Positions 12,050 through 25,024 of a DNA stretch of 64,000 nucleotides are shown one piece after another. This DNA is from Vicugna vicugna (Eukaryota): positions 496,001 to 560,000 of the forward strand of contig MU058252.1 in assembly GCA_013265495.1 (NCBI GenBank), read 5' to 3'. The notes below the pieces were generated by a model, which was given only the letters and a program-made list of their open reading frames with translations, was not told the origin of the DNA and made no database searches. A program made the position numbers and the translations under genes. Every line of letters begins with the position of its first letter. Position 1 is the first letter of the stretch.

Positions 12050-13300
12050 CGCCTCCCTTCCCCGCCCGGGCACCCATCCCCGGCCAGCCGCCTGACGACG
12101 TGTTCGGGTGCCAGGGCGCCGGCACAGTCCCAGGGCTGGGCCGCGGGCCGTGGCGCCCCTGCTAGAGGAGTGGGAGAGCGGGAGCCCCCTCTCGGNNNNN
12201 NNNNNNNNNNNNNNNNNNNNNNNNNNNNNNNNNNNNNNNNNNNNNNNNNNNNNNNNNNNNNNNNNNNNNNNNNNNNNNNNNNNNNNNNNNNNNNNNNNNN
12301 NNNNNNNNNNNNNNNNNNNNNNNNNNNNNNNNNNNNNNNNNNNNNNNNNNNNNNNNNNNNNNNNNNNNNNNNNNNNNNNNNNNNNNNNNNNNNNNNNNNN
12401 NNNNNNNNNNNNNNNNNNNNNNNNNNNNNNNNNNNNNNNNNNNNNNNNNNNNNNNNNNNNNNNNNNNNNNNNNNNNNNNNNNNNNNNNNNNNNNNNNNNN
12501 NNNNNNNNNNNNNNNNNNNNNNNNNNNNNNNNNNNNNNNNNNNNNNNNNNNNNNNNNNNNNNNNNNNNNNNNNNNNNNNNNNNNNNNNNNNNNNNNNNNN
12601 NNNNNNNNNNNNNNNNNNNNNNNNNNNNNNNNNNNNNNNNNNNNNNNNNNNNNCTTTCCAAGCCTCTCTGGCCAAACAGCGCAGATAAGCGGCGAGGCAC
12701 GCCGGCGAGCCCGGCTCCCGGGCGCTGGGCAGCGGCACTGCAGCCGGAGGCCGCCCGAGGGCCGCGGGGAGGCGGCGCGGGAGGGGACGCGAGGGGAGGC
12801 GGCGGGGGGCTCGCCGGCCACCCGGCCTCTCGCCACAAATAGTTTCTCGGTTAGGGAATTCGCCGGCAGGGCCAGGCAAGGAACAGTCAGTTCCAACTTT
12901 GCCCCCAAGTGGCTCCTGCTGCATTTCTGAGGCCCTTTCCCCAGAGACCTGGCAGGCCAAGTAGGGAAACATTCGCTGGAAGGAATCCGGGGGGGAGCCG
13001 GAGCCCGGAGGAGGCCTTTCTCCTGCACTGGGGCGGCAGTGGTGGGTGTGCCCCGGGAGGCGGTGTCCCCCTGCGTCCACAGATGTGTGCGCCCTTGTCT
13101 CACCCGCCGTGTGTGTCTGCACCCTTGTGTGGGCACGGCTCGGTGGCTGTGGGTGTGGATGTTTATGTGCGTGCACAGACAAATGCCTTCTCTGTGTGCC
13201 TCCCTCCACGAGAGCCTCTAATGCGTGCGCGCGCGTGCGGGTGCGTGTGTGGCAGGACACCGTCTGTGTCGTCCAGCTCTGTGCGAGTCTATTTCGGGGT
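12050..13300 (-). promoter_or_regulatory. SMARCD3: CpG island / proximal SMARCD3 promoter with GATA site AGATAAG (12683-12689) and GC boxes
   Basis: Dense CpGs around the inferred first exon; motif read directly. Confidence 0.75.
12196..12653 (-). CDS. SMARCD3: SMARCD3 proximal first exon (expected MAADEVAGG...LVHGV) hidden in the N-run; gap coordinates
   Basis: The gap lies in the centre of a CpG island ~3 kb upstream of exon 2. With the known 78-nt and 212-nt exons, the CDS sums to 1452 nt (483 aa). Confidence 0.65.
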
Positions 13301-15299
13301 ATGTGAGTCTTTGTCTCTATGTGAGAAAGTGAGGGCAATAGGGGAAGTATTTCCGAAAGAGGGAGGTGGATCGGGCTCATGAGAACAGGAAGAGAACGTG
13401 TGGGAGAAGGCAAGGAGCTGGGTGGACGGATGAGAGGAGAGTGAGGCAAGCAGGACCTGACCGCTTTGGAATGGGGTGGGGGGTGGGGGTAGGGGACCCA
13501 GAGGAGCTGGGGCGCTGAGTATGGTAGGGCCATACCTCAAGACCTCAGAGAAAGAAGGGATGGGGTGGGGCTACGAGGGAGCCCCAGAAGGGGTGGTGAT
13601 GAGGGAGCTGGCTGGGTGAAGGAGGGACAGGAAACAGGAGGGGCAAATCCTGAGATTCCCCAGGCTGGGAGCCCTGGCCCCTCCCATGCACCAGAGGCCA
13701 CACCCCTCTCTCCTCCTTCTGGAGGAAGAGCCCCGGGGCTTCGGCACTACCCAGGGTCAAGTTTATAGTCCTCCTGGGGCTGCACTGTCAGTTTCCAGGT
13801 GCGGGTGGGGCAATGCCTGCGGGAATTTGTTGGAAATTTTATTTGAAGTTAGATACTGAAGACCCAGCATTACACTGGGGGGTCCTGACCCTCAACCCTT
13901 CAGAATGGGAGTGTTCTGGCATGGGAGTCTTTTGCCTGCAGTCTGATTTCCTTGGGCCTTCTTGTGCTTCTGGCTGTCACTGTCCACTTAAGTGCCCACT
14001 GTCAAGCCCCTGAAAGGCTAGAGAGGGCATGTGGTCCAGGATGCCCCTCATCTACCACCAGCTTAGTAGGGGAACTAGAGATCCCCTTCCTACCAAATCT
14101 CTACCTGGGCTTACCCCTGGACCCACGCACGCAGAGACTGGGCCCTGGTCGGGTGGGAATGGGTGGGTGTTTGCCACAGGCCATGAAGGTGGCTGCTGGT
14201 AATCTGGGGAGGTGATCTCTCCAATTTGTCTGCTAACCTCCAAACCCCTCACTCTTTCCCATTTCTAAGCCTCTGTTCCCACTCTTCTTTTGCCTGGAAT
14301 CCCTCTGCTGCTCCCCTGCCTGTCCCTATCACAATTACTCTTTAAAGAGCTCAGGTCCCTCCTCCTCCAGCAAGACTTCCCTGGTCCCACACCTGTGCAC
14401 AGATCTTTGTGTTCTCTTGAATGTCCATTGCCATCTACCTTGGGCCATGAACTGACACTTTACTAATGTCTCATGTGTCCTACATTTCATGTGTGTTAGG
14501 TTTGCTGCAGCCCCCTGAAGTCTGGGGTGGGTCTTAAGTCCCACTCTCCCCCTATGCCTGCACATAGGCACTGGCCATGACCAATGCTTTGCAACTGCCC
14601 AAAGCTCAGTAGGCCAGTGAACAGAGCTCATACTCTGCCACTTACCTGAAGGTGTGAGTCACCATGGGCACCCCTCTTATGGATGCTTCTAGCATGGACA
14701 TGCTAAACCACAGGCTGTGGAGGTTCTGGGGGCCTGGAGCAAGGGCAGGTACCTCTAGGTTTTATGTAAAGCTCAGAGATCTCAACTCTTGGAGAGGCCT
14801 TTTGGGAAAAGACAACAGCAGAGGAGGTGGAAGGGCCCAGTGGGAACACCCAGCATTTGTGAGGGGAGTGGTCTTGGTGGTGGAGGAGATTGCAGGAGGT
14901 GGTTAGGCCAAGGGTTCTGTGTGGTCCCCAGGTGAGTATCACTCAGGTTCATAGATAATACCCTCCTGGACCACCCCAGGCCCAGGGCCACCCCCTGCAG
15001 TCCCCTCTCCCAGAGGCACCTTACACAGGCACAGACAACAGATACATAGTGCATACATGTCTCCCAGGCACATACACCAATGCAAACGCCAGAGGGACAA
15101 GGAGCTACGTGGATTTGCACACACAGGCACAACCTGACCACCTCCTCATCCCTCTCACAAGGCCCCTGCCAGCAGACACATTTGCATGCAGGTTTTACAG
15201 GGGCGACCCTAGGTGTGCAGACACCAGGGAGCCTTCAGACCAGAAAGCAGAGGCGCCAGTGTGAGTCCTGGGCAAGACTCACATCTCACAAAGGCCAGG

Positions 15300-16000
15300 A
15301 TCCCTAACGGCTCAGCCCCAGAACGGCGCTCAGCAGTGCCACGCCGCCGGCTCCTGCCGGGTGGGAAGGAAGCCAGGGGAAAGCCCCAAGTCGAGCGGGC
15401 AGGGGGCCTTCCTCCTGGCCTGACTGGGCCCTGAACCCCGGCGGACCGGCCCAGGCCGCGCTCCGGGCAGGCCGTGCGCGTGTCCGGGCAGAGGGCGGCC
15501 GCCCGGAGCCGGAGTCCCCCCTGCCGTCCCCCCATCTCTCCTTCCCTCGCCGAAGCACCACCAGCACCAAATGGCAAAGCGCCTCTCCCCGCGCAGGGAG
15601 AGATGCGCCGCGACCGGCGGGACGGGCCCGGCGGCCCCCCTCAGCCGCGCCCGAGCGGGCGGCGGCCGGGCGCTGGGGGCACGTCCCGGCCCGCGGCCGC
15701 CCTCCCTCGCCCTCGCCCGCCCGGGGACCCGGCAGCGGCGGGAGCCGGGTCGGAGCCGGCCAGGGCATGCGCACTGCGGCCTCCCTCCCGGTGAAGGTCA
15801 GCCCAGGGCCTAGCTGCAGGACTCAAAGGCGGCGGGGGGAGGAGGAGGAGGAGGGAGGAGGGATGCAGAGGAGACTTAACTCCTTCCCTGCGGGAAGATG
15901 GCCATCGAGGCTGGGGCCGGAACCCGGAGTCCCACCCTCCCGCCTTCGCCTTCGGTGGAGGTCCCGTGGCGGAGACCCAGATGGGGTGCGGGGGGAGGAG
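15300..16000. promoter_or_regulatory. Second CpG island inside the long first intron of the distal isoform
   Basis: High CpG density; NRF1-like GCATGCGCA at ~15766-15774. Confidence 0.65.
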
Positions 16001-19000
16001 GGGGAAGAGGGAGGGAGAATGGAAGAAGGAGGCTAGGAGAGGAGGGGAGCCGAGAAGGGGAAAGGGAGGAAGGGAGGGAGGAACAAAGGAAACCAGATTG
16101 AAGGGAGAGACCTCTTTCCGCTGCCCCCTTCCCCCTATATCCCCAACAATAACGCTTTCCTTAGTGGAATGAAATTACCATTAAGGATTGGNNNNNNNNN
16201 NNNNNNNNNNNNNNNNNNNNNNNNNNNNNNNNNNNNNNNNNNNNNNNNNNNNNNNNNNNNNNNNNNNNNNNNNNNNNNNNNNNNNNNNNNNNNNNNNNNN
16301 NNNNNNNNNNNNNNNNNNNNNNNNNCTTTCAGGCTGAGGACTCCGGGTTCTAGCCCATGCCTACACCCAGTCCCCACTTTCCCCTCTGGTCACGAAACCC
16401 CAGGGCATGCCAGGGGGCCCAGAGGCAGCTGTGACCCAGCCTACCTGCCTGGCTCAAGTCCTAAGCCCCCAGAGAACCCTGGTTAGATCTTGGGGCCAGG
16501 CCCAGTCCCCAGAGATGGGTGAAGGGGAGTCTGCACCTTAAGCCCCACCTCTAGCATGGGGTGTCCTCCAGCCAGCAGATAGGACGTTGGCAGAGACCAG
16601 ACCAGCAGCATGGTGGCACAGCCCTCCCCCTCCTCCTGGGAACCCCCACTGCTCTTTCCAGGCCAGAGCAGCACTGGATATCTCCCTCTTTGTGCAAGAA
16701 TGTTTCTGCACCCAGGACATCCTCTGCTGCTATCAAGGGAGCTGTCTGTCTCTGTGTGACTTCATCTTTCTGTGTCAGTTTTGCAAACACACCCAAGAGA
16801 CACAAAATGGATAGCAAGAAGCAAGAAAAAGAAAGAAAGAAAAAATTGGATGCCAAAATCATTGTGTGACCTTGGGCAAGTCACTGTACCTCCCTGCCCC
16901 TCAGGCAGTGAAGATCCGGGTCTCTGGGGCCCAGAGGGAAGGCCCATTTTGGATTCATAGCCGGTGTTCTCTCACTCCTCTCATGGCCACCATTAATCAG
17001 GTGCTCTCTAGTAGCAGTCCGTGCCAACAGCTTGTGGTGCTGTGCACAAAACGAGCCACATTGGTGAGGATGGGTTCCGTCTGTGGGGTGGTGTTTATAG
17101 GGGATCCTGCCCCAGTGCGCTCCCACAGCCTAGGTCGGGTTCAGCAGAGGGCATGGCTCTGCTTGGGGGCGGGGCAGCAGGTAGGGGTCCCACAGAATCA
17201 TCTTTGCTCCCCATCCATCTTCCCCTGGACCAACACCGGCCTGTCTGGCTAGACTCAGGGGCAAAAGCAAGAGAGATCCGCGGCCTCAGGACTGTCAAGA
17301 CTCCAAGTAGAAGCGAGTCTCTCCCTTTCTTCTTCCGGGGGCATAAGTGCCTACCTCACTCCACCAGGCTAGGGAAACTCACCCGTGTCCCCCAGCACCC
17401 CTGTCTGGCTGCAGCCATCCCTCTTGCCCTGCTTACGCCCCGAAGCTCCCAGACCCCAGCCACCCTCTTTCTTGGCAGACAGGAGCCCCATCCCAGCAGT
17501 TCTGATTCTCTCCTCTTTTCCCCACAGCTCAGTGCTCCCTCCTGACCAGTGCCAGGATAACCTCCTGTGGCCAACATCCCACCTGCCACCCCAGGAAGCT
17601 TCTGAGGCATCAGCTACTGCTCTGACCAGGTGGTCAGAGGGATTTCTGCGAACCACTACATTTTGAGGTCAGGGATGTCAACTGCGTGAGGAAAACTGAA
17701 TTTTAAAAATCCATCTACATTTCCTTAAATAATTTTTTGGGGAAATTAAGCCACATGGCAGAGGGAAGTCAGATGTATAGATAAAACAGCCATGGAAACA
17801 ACACATCGGCCTGGTCTCCCAGATGTCCGCAGCTCTATTAGGAGGCAGGGCTGAGTCCTGCTCACAGGATCTGAAAGTGCACTTTCTACTGCATCGACAG
17901 GACCCACAGGAGCTCTGCCCCTCCCCTCCTAGCTTGCTGCCTCTCCGCCCTGGGGGCCCCTGCCTTGCCGCCATCATGCTGTTCACCCCAACTCAACTGA
18001 GTCAGACGCCAAGGAACACTAGGACTCCCCTCAACTCGTGCGTGCACCGTTGGCTCCGCAAAGCCCTGTACTTCCCTCTTCTGCTGCCGTCTCCCACCAC
18101 CCTGGCCCTTCTCTGTGTGGTCTGGCATAAGTAAAATTCCCTGGACAGTCATTTCTGTGAATATCCCTTTTGTCTTCCTGTGACAGAAGCTGGGCTCCCC
18201 GCTGAGGGACCGCTCCCCTGAAACCCTCCATGCAGTGGCAGTACTTTCCCCAGAGCCCTCCTGCTACTGGTCTCGAGGCGGGGTAGGGACCCTCCTCGCC
18301 CCTGGCTGCTGCTTCCAGACCCCTGGCTTTGCATCTTAGCCCTACATAGGGCGTCTTCTTTTCTGGAGCGTTCTAGCTCCTGGCTTACAGTCACTCCCTC
18401 TTGCGTGATCCCTGTCCTCTTCCTGCTGCTTTTCTAGACGCTCATGGACAGTCCTTCCCACACCTCAGGTCTCTTGGTTCCTTGGCCACCTCTCCTCCAG
18501 CCATCCTCCACCCTCCCTCAGTCACTCACGCCAGGGCCACCTCTTGGACTCTGTCATTCTAGCAATAGCAGCCCCACCCTTTAGTCTTAAGCACCACACT
18601 CTCAGACCCCCATCTGCTTTCTGTCCAGCTCCCTGACCCCCCCCCCAAAGCCTGGACGCCACTGGAACCACTGGTCCGTTTCTCTGACTCGCACCCCTCA
18701 TCATAACCACACCCCCTTACACACACTCTTTAAAATGTTTAGTCATGGTAAAATAAACATAACAAAATTTACCATTTTAACCTTCCTCAAATAGACTCTT
18801 GACTTTCTTACTTAAGAGTTGGATCCAGTTTCACCAACTCCTCCCCTGCACCCCAGGACTTGAATGTGGCTAGGGAGACACATAACAGCCCCAACCTGGT
18901 CTCACTGTCATTTCTGGAGCTCGGACTTCAACTGGCCTCATCCTGCCCCCTGTCCCACTCTTCCCCTAGACCACTCACATCCCTTCCCGTCCCCACTCCC

Positions 19001-19329
19001 CCACATGAGTTTTCTACATCTTCTCCCTCCTCCAACCTCCAGCTCCTCCTCCCCTCTCCTCATTCCCACTGATGCCCTTGCTTGTCACCTCCCTGAGAAA
19101 GCAGGTGCTGCTGAAGAACTTCCAGATATTCCCACCACATCCTCCTGCTTCCCAGCAACTCTCTCCCCCAGTTCCTACAGCTGTGTTCTCTGCGCTCCGA
19201 TCTAAAGCTGGCCATCCCCTTGCGTATGAGCTCCGTCCCCTCTCACACATTCGAGGGCATCGCTCCAGCAGTTCTCTCCCGCACCATCAAATTAGCAGCT
19301 TTCCTCTCTCCACGGGATTACCCCCATCA

Positions 19330-20835
19330 GCATGACACATTCTCTCTCTGAAAAACACTCACAAAGCCTGCTTATCCCATTGGTTACTACCCAGTTGCAA
19401 CAAAGTTTCTCTAAAGAGTTGTCTAGGTTTGCTGTCTCAGTTCTCCCTGAATTCCCAGCCCTCCAGGCGCTACTGAGGCATCAGCCTGCTTCCCCAGCTG
19501 TAGCATCCAGCACGGTTGATCACTCTCTCCTCTCTTAAATACTCTCTTCCCTTGGCTCATAGGACACTTCCCTCTCCTGGTTTTCCCCTTGCATTCCTGG
19601 CTGCCCCTTCTCAGTCTCCTGGGCTGTCCAGTCCTCCCTCCCTCTCAGGGTGGGGTGCCTCAGTGCCAGTCCTTGGTCCTCTACACTGCTCTGTAATCAT
19701 TCCTTGGAGATCTCACCCATCATCCAAACTCAGAGTTCTATTCTTTTTGAAACTTTTTAACTTATTATTATTTTTAATGGGGGTACTGAGGATTGAAACC
19801 AGGACCTCGTGCATGCTAAGTATGTGCTCTACCGCCGCTATACCCTCCCCCTGCCCCAAACTTAGAGTTTTAAATACCATCTATATGTTGACAATTCCCA
19901 AAGTTTTCCTCCAGCCCAGGCTTGTCTCCCAGTCCTTAGACTCATGTATCCAGTTGTCCATTCCCCCTGGACCTTTACTAGACACGCCCATGATGAACCT
20001 CTCGCTCTTCCACGTCAGACTCAGCTCTCTGCCCATAGTCCTCACCCTCCTTCCAGCTGCTCAGGCCCACGACCTTGGCACCATCCTGGAATCCTGTCTT
20101 TTTTCTCACATCCCACATCCAATCAGAAAGCAAGTCCTGTGGCTCTGGATCCAGAATCCAACCCCTTCTCACCTCTCCCCTGCCACCACCCTGGTCCAAT
20201 CCATGAATAATGAAGAGCTTGCTTCCTACCTGGCACCCAACAGTTTATTCTCAACACGCAACCAGAGCGTTCCTTTAAGAAAGGGAGTCAGATCGTGTCA
20301 CTTCTGCTCAAAACTCTCCCAAGCCCCCCTATCTCATTCTGAGTAAGGGTCAGGTCCTGCCAGTCCCAGGACCCAGTCCCATTGCCACATCCTGCTCCCT
20401 CTGGTCCTACCTCCTGCATCTCCATCACTCCTTTCTCTGCCCCAGTCTCTGGCCTCCTCGTGGTCCTTCAGAAACTCCAGGCACTTGGCAGCCTTGGAGC
20501 TCTGAGCCTGCTGTTCCCTCGGCCAGGCACGCTCTTCCTCCAGCTACTGCTGTCACCTCCCTGAAGTCTTTGATCAAATGTCCCCTTCTCAATGGGGCAC
20601 TATCTGTCCGCCCTATTAGAAGCCACCACCTCCCCCTCCCCTGCATGCTCCTTATCTCTTTCATTCTGCTGGATTTCCTCCCACAGTACCGCACACTCTC
20701 CTCCAGTCTATAATATCTACTTGCTTATTATGTGAGTGATTCACTCTTTCTCCCATTAGAATGTAAACTCCCAAAGGCAGGGATCTTTCTGTCTTGTTAG
20801 TGGATAAATCCCAAGTATTTGGCACATGGTAGGAA
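19330..20835 (+). mobile_element. L2 LINE 3' portion
   Basis: ccatctatatgttgacaattccca...ccagcccag and cctggcacat-like terminal motif. Confidence 0.8.
19741..19851 (-). mobile_element. Vic-1-type tRNA-Ala SINE inserted in an L2
   Basis: GGGGGAGGGTATAGC...GAGGTCCTGG head. TSD ccaaactYagagttYta at 19724-19740 and 19856-19872. Confidence 0.9.
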
Positions 20836-21251
20836 CCCCAAGATCTCAAAGGTGTGGGTAGAGAGAGCCCACTCCAAGTCTACTCGGGATTTCCAGCGTG
20901 CTTCCGAGGGCTGGGGGACGTTACCTACTGTCTGTGCTCCTGGTTCGTGGGGTTAATAACAGCAACGTCATCTCAGGCGTGTCTGGGGCTTCGAACAAGC
21001 ACTTTCACACACATTAACCTGTCTAACTCTGACAGAGACCCCATTGGGTGGGCGCCGGGATTCCCATTCTAATGATAAAGAAAAGGAGGTGCTGAGAAGC
21101 CAGGGGACCTGCCCAAAAGTCACTGTGCTGTTACAGGCTGGGTCTGGGACTACAGATCGGGTCTCCCAACCTCCAGGTCCCTAGGTTCTCCCCTTCACCT
21201 CAAGCTGCCTCTCTGACGACCCTTTGTGGAGTGCCTGCCTGCTGGGGATAG

Positions 21252-21270
21252 ACACACACACACACACACA
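21252..21270 (+). repeat. (AC)n microsatellite, ~9 units
   Basis: Read directly. Confidence 0.9.
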
Positions 21271-22355
21271 ACACCTCTGCCTTCCCCAAACACCTGCTTT
21301 TTAAAGAAGGAAATCAAGATCCCCAGAGGCCTGCACATTTAAGCTGAATTGCCCTCAATTATCCTTTAAAATACACTCCAAAAAATCTCAAGAAGATCGT
21401 TTCAAACATTGGGAATATAAATTCTAGAAAATCTGCCATTAAGGTGTCTAAAATCAATGTCAGTTGTCAGAGGAAGTTGTGTTAGTTCCTGTGTAAGAAT
21501 TACCTTTGAGCCAAAAAGTGAATCCTTGTTAAACTTTGAATCCTTTCAGGGGCTTCTCCCAGCCTCACAGATGGACACACATGTCTGCATCCATGGAACT
21601 CCAGGATGGGACACGTGCACACGATTGCCACGTCTGCGTGCCACCCTGTGAGCCCACCAAGCCACCTTAGGCACTTCCTTTGGGAGTATGTGGTTACCTG
21701 GCCACAGCTGCCCGTATCACCTCATCCTGCCTTTCTGGTACCACTGGATGGCCACAGGTCTGGAGAACTGGCCTAAGAAGGGTAGAAGAAATGATCAAAC
21801 AAACGGCAAAAGCCTTCTTCTATGTGCAGAGGGCCGTAGGTTTCTTGGGCCACCAGGCAAAAGTATGTGGCATTGAGAGGTCTGCCTGTGATCAAGGATT
21901 TCATGGTCAAAGCTGGCTCAGCCTCTCCCATGTCCCCACGAAGTGAGTCTCTGGGGCTCAAACTGCTGTGGTGACAACCAAGAGGCCTTGAAAGACACCA
22001 TGGAGTGAGCGGGGAGAGGAGACGGAGTGGGGTGGTCTCAGGGCCTGGACCTGCTTGGTGCATCACTCCTGGTTTCTGCAACTTTGCAACCAGGCCAGCT
22101 GGTGCCCCGCATCCACTTGTGTAATGAATGCCCTCCAGATAGCCCCTCGGCCTGTCCTGACCCAGTGCCCTTGCTCCCAGAGCCAGGCACTCGCCTCGGC
22201 CACTGCGAGCCAGCCTGTTCTGGGCCAGGGGCCTTACTGAGCTGTCCATTGCTCCAGTCCTCTGGGATCCTGTCCTCCCCCGGGCCCTGAACCCCCTGCC
22301 CTGGGTGGGGTCTGCAGACTCCACAGTGTGATGGCTCTGAGCTTGGACTCTAGAA

Positions 22356-22513
22356 CAGGGCTTCTCAACCCCGGCACTGTTGACATTTCAGGTTGGATAA
22401 TTCTTTATTGTGGGGGCAGCCTCATGTAAATTCTACCAGAGGCTCCCCTCCTTATCTCCAGACATTGTCTTTTGTCGCTGGAGGGTGAAACTGCCCAGGG
22501 TTGAGAACCACTG
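22356..22513 (+). mobile_element. MER20-like hAT MITE, internally deleted
   Basis: TIRs cagggcttctcaacc / ggttgagaaccactg; 8-bp TSD ctctagaa/ctctagag. Confidence 0.85.
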
Positions 22514-22519
22514 CTCTAG

Positions 22520-22750
22520 AGTCAGGCAGTCTTGGGCCCACACTGGCTCAGCCTCTGACTGACCATAAACTTATACAAGTGACTTAACCCGTCTGAGCCT
22601 CATTTTCCCCGCCTGCAAGACAGAGAGCCCTGCTCCTGACTCACAGGTGGGTGCGAGAATCAGAATGAAGGCGTGTACGTGCAGACCTCAGTACGGCGTC
22701 CGGCATGGAGTTAACACTTAACGAATAGCCTGTCATTACTTGCTTCCGGT
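22520..22750 (+). mobile_element. MIR
   Basis: aagtgacttaacccgtctgagcctcatttt. Confidence 0.7.
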
Positions 22751-23901
22751 GCTAAGCCTGTGGGCCGTCATAGGTGCCATGGAGGGTACCTGTGAGGTGT
22801 CGGCCAGGTGATTATTCAGACTGGCCCATCACAGTGGCTCTTGGAGCCAATGGGGAGTCAGGGTTCTACCAAACCACGAGAAGCTTCCTTGAGCAGAGAA
22901 TGGCCACCCGCAGCATCAGTATGTAAGGCGGGCCTTACGTGAGAAGCCTGTGTAGAAACCTGGCTAGGAGCTGCAGGAAAGGAGGGAAGGGGAGACACTG
23001 AGAAGCCACCACAAGCGGTGAATCAACTGGAGGGAAACCTAAGAATTCAGAAGGCTGCTCGTCCGGCACAGGGAAGCTGAGGTTTGGGAGCTGCTGATGG
23101 AGGCATCTGAAGGAAAAGGGGGGCCTCCTCCCCCACCCCCGCCCCGCCCCACCCCTCCGCTGCCGGCCGTCCACATGTTCAGTGAGCACCTACTATATGG
23201 CGGTCTTGGACGAAGTGCTGCTGACTCACACACTAGACACAGCCTCAGCCCTCAGGACTCAGGGAGCGTGAGGACCGAATAGGGACTGACGGGGCTGAAG
23301 GCATCAACAGGGTGGGAGATGTGAGCAGCTCATGTCAGCTCCTGCCCCAGGATGGCCACAGCTCCGGCACGAGGCAGGAAGGGTGGAGGACCAGTACATC
23401 CCACCCCAGAGCTCTGGGCTTCCTTATGGAAAAGAGAGGCAATCACCTGCTAATGACTATCCTCAGAGGGGCTGTGGCTTGGTGGGGCAGCTGGCCTGGG
23501 GGACAGCGGTAGAGAAGCCAGCAGCTGCAGCCAGGCCTGAGGGTGATGGAGGAATCCCTGAGTTTCTGGGAGCTGCACCCAAACCTTGGCAGAGGCAGCA
23601 GGGGTGGCCAGGACCGAGAAGCAGCCTGGGTTTCTGTGCGGACAGGAGCGCTGGAGGCCTCCCTCCGGCTCCGCAAGTTCCCACGGGAGGAAAGCCAGAG
23701 CCAGGTGCGGAGCTGGTGTTCCAGCAGCCAAGGGGCCCACACAACCCCACAGTGACAGCAAGTCAAACTGTTCCTCGGGCCTTGGTTCTTCCCGTGGTGG
23801 GTGTGACCCACGGTCACCTCCTGGAGGTTCTGCCACCTAGAACCTTCTCCTCCTCCTTAAGACATGACTCCAGATTCTGAAGGCAGCTCTCAAAGTCCCT
23901 C

Positions 23902-24306
23902 TGTTGTGGGTTGAATGGTGGGTCTCCCCCACTCCCAACTCATTTGCTGGTGTCCTAACCCCTGGTCCTTCAGAGTGTGATCTTATTTGGAGATTGGGTC
24001 TTTAAGGAGGTAATTAAGTTACAATGAGGCAGGTCACACAGATGACCTTAATCCAGCATGACTGGTGTCATAGAATTGGGTCAATCAGGACACTGAGACA
24101 GACACACACAGAGGGAAGACAGTGTGAGGAGACACAGGCCCAAGACCGCAGGAGAGAAGCCTGGAAAAATCCTCGCCTCACAGCCCTCAGAAGGAACCAC
24201 ATCTCGATCTCAGACTTCCAGCCTCCGGAACTGTGAGAAAGCACATTTCCACTGTCAATGTTGCCCAGTCTGGCAGCTTGTTATGGCAGCTCCAGCAAAC
24301 TAATCC
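23902..24306 (+). mobile_element. MaLR LTR (MLT1A/B-like)
   Basis: tgttgtgggttgaat start and gcaaactaat end. Confidence 0.85.
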
Positions 24307-24364
24307 TTGCCAGTCCACGCACCACCGGCCTCTCCCCTCACAACCTCTGGTTTGCCTGAAGTGC

Positions 24365-24595
24365 TCAGAACAATGTGCTTATTAGCACATCACAGGGCAG
24401 ACCCTGGGATGGAAAGACCTGAGTTTGAGTCTATTCCACCACCTATTGATGGAAGGACAAAAGTGCCAACCTCTCTGAGCCTCAGTCTCTTCATCTTTAA
24501 GATGGCTTTACCATCAGCTCATCTCTCTCACCGTGTTATTGTAAAGAGCAAAATAGAAGCGAGAGGACAAAATATGAACATTTTCTTTAAGTCAT
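24365..24595 (+). mobile_element. MIR
   Basis: aacctctctgagcctcagtctcttcatct. Confidence 0.65.
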
Positions 24596-24719
24596 AGAGG
24601 ACTGGACGGAGGCTCCACAGTCACTAAGTATCTCTTGAAGGCAACCACCCATCCTGCTTTGGACTTGTACTGAACTTCCTGTCGGTTAAAAATTCGATTC
24701 TCTTTCTACTTTGTGCCAA

Positions 24720-24950
24720 AACATGTCTTCCCATCGCATACTTGTAAAGTTGCTTTTTTGGACTCAAGAATCTACATCTTGTAAGAATTAGCCCATTATT
24801 CTAAGAGCTTTTGAATCTCAATTCTGCATCCAATATATTTACCATCCTTTCCAGCTGTGCATCTTTCATAAATCCAGGGAGCATGACCTTCTCTCTTCAG
24901 CCAAGTCTTTACTGAATGTATTGAAAAAGGCACCAGGACAAAGCCTTCTC
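24720..24950 (-). mobile_element. L3/CR1 reverse-transcriptase remnant
   Basis: Minus-strand translation with shifts gives LFNTFSKDL..EG, FMKDAQLERMVN, RIEIQK.LE*WANSYKM, resembling CR1 LFNIFINDL/FADDTKLGG/IQxDLxxLExWA. Confidence 0.6.
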
Positions 24951-25024
24951 TCCTCTCTGAACAGTCTGCACCCTTTGGGATTAGTCTTCAATTGGCAGCA
25001 AATTTATTCAGTCACAGGACTATC

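Noticed and set aside
11881-13533. 550-aa and other long ORFs at the proximal promoter
   Set aside because: They span a 458-nt N-run and CpG-island DNA; low-complexity Pro/Arg/Gly translations.
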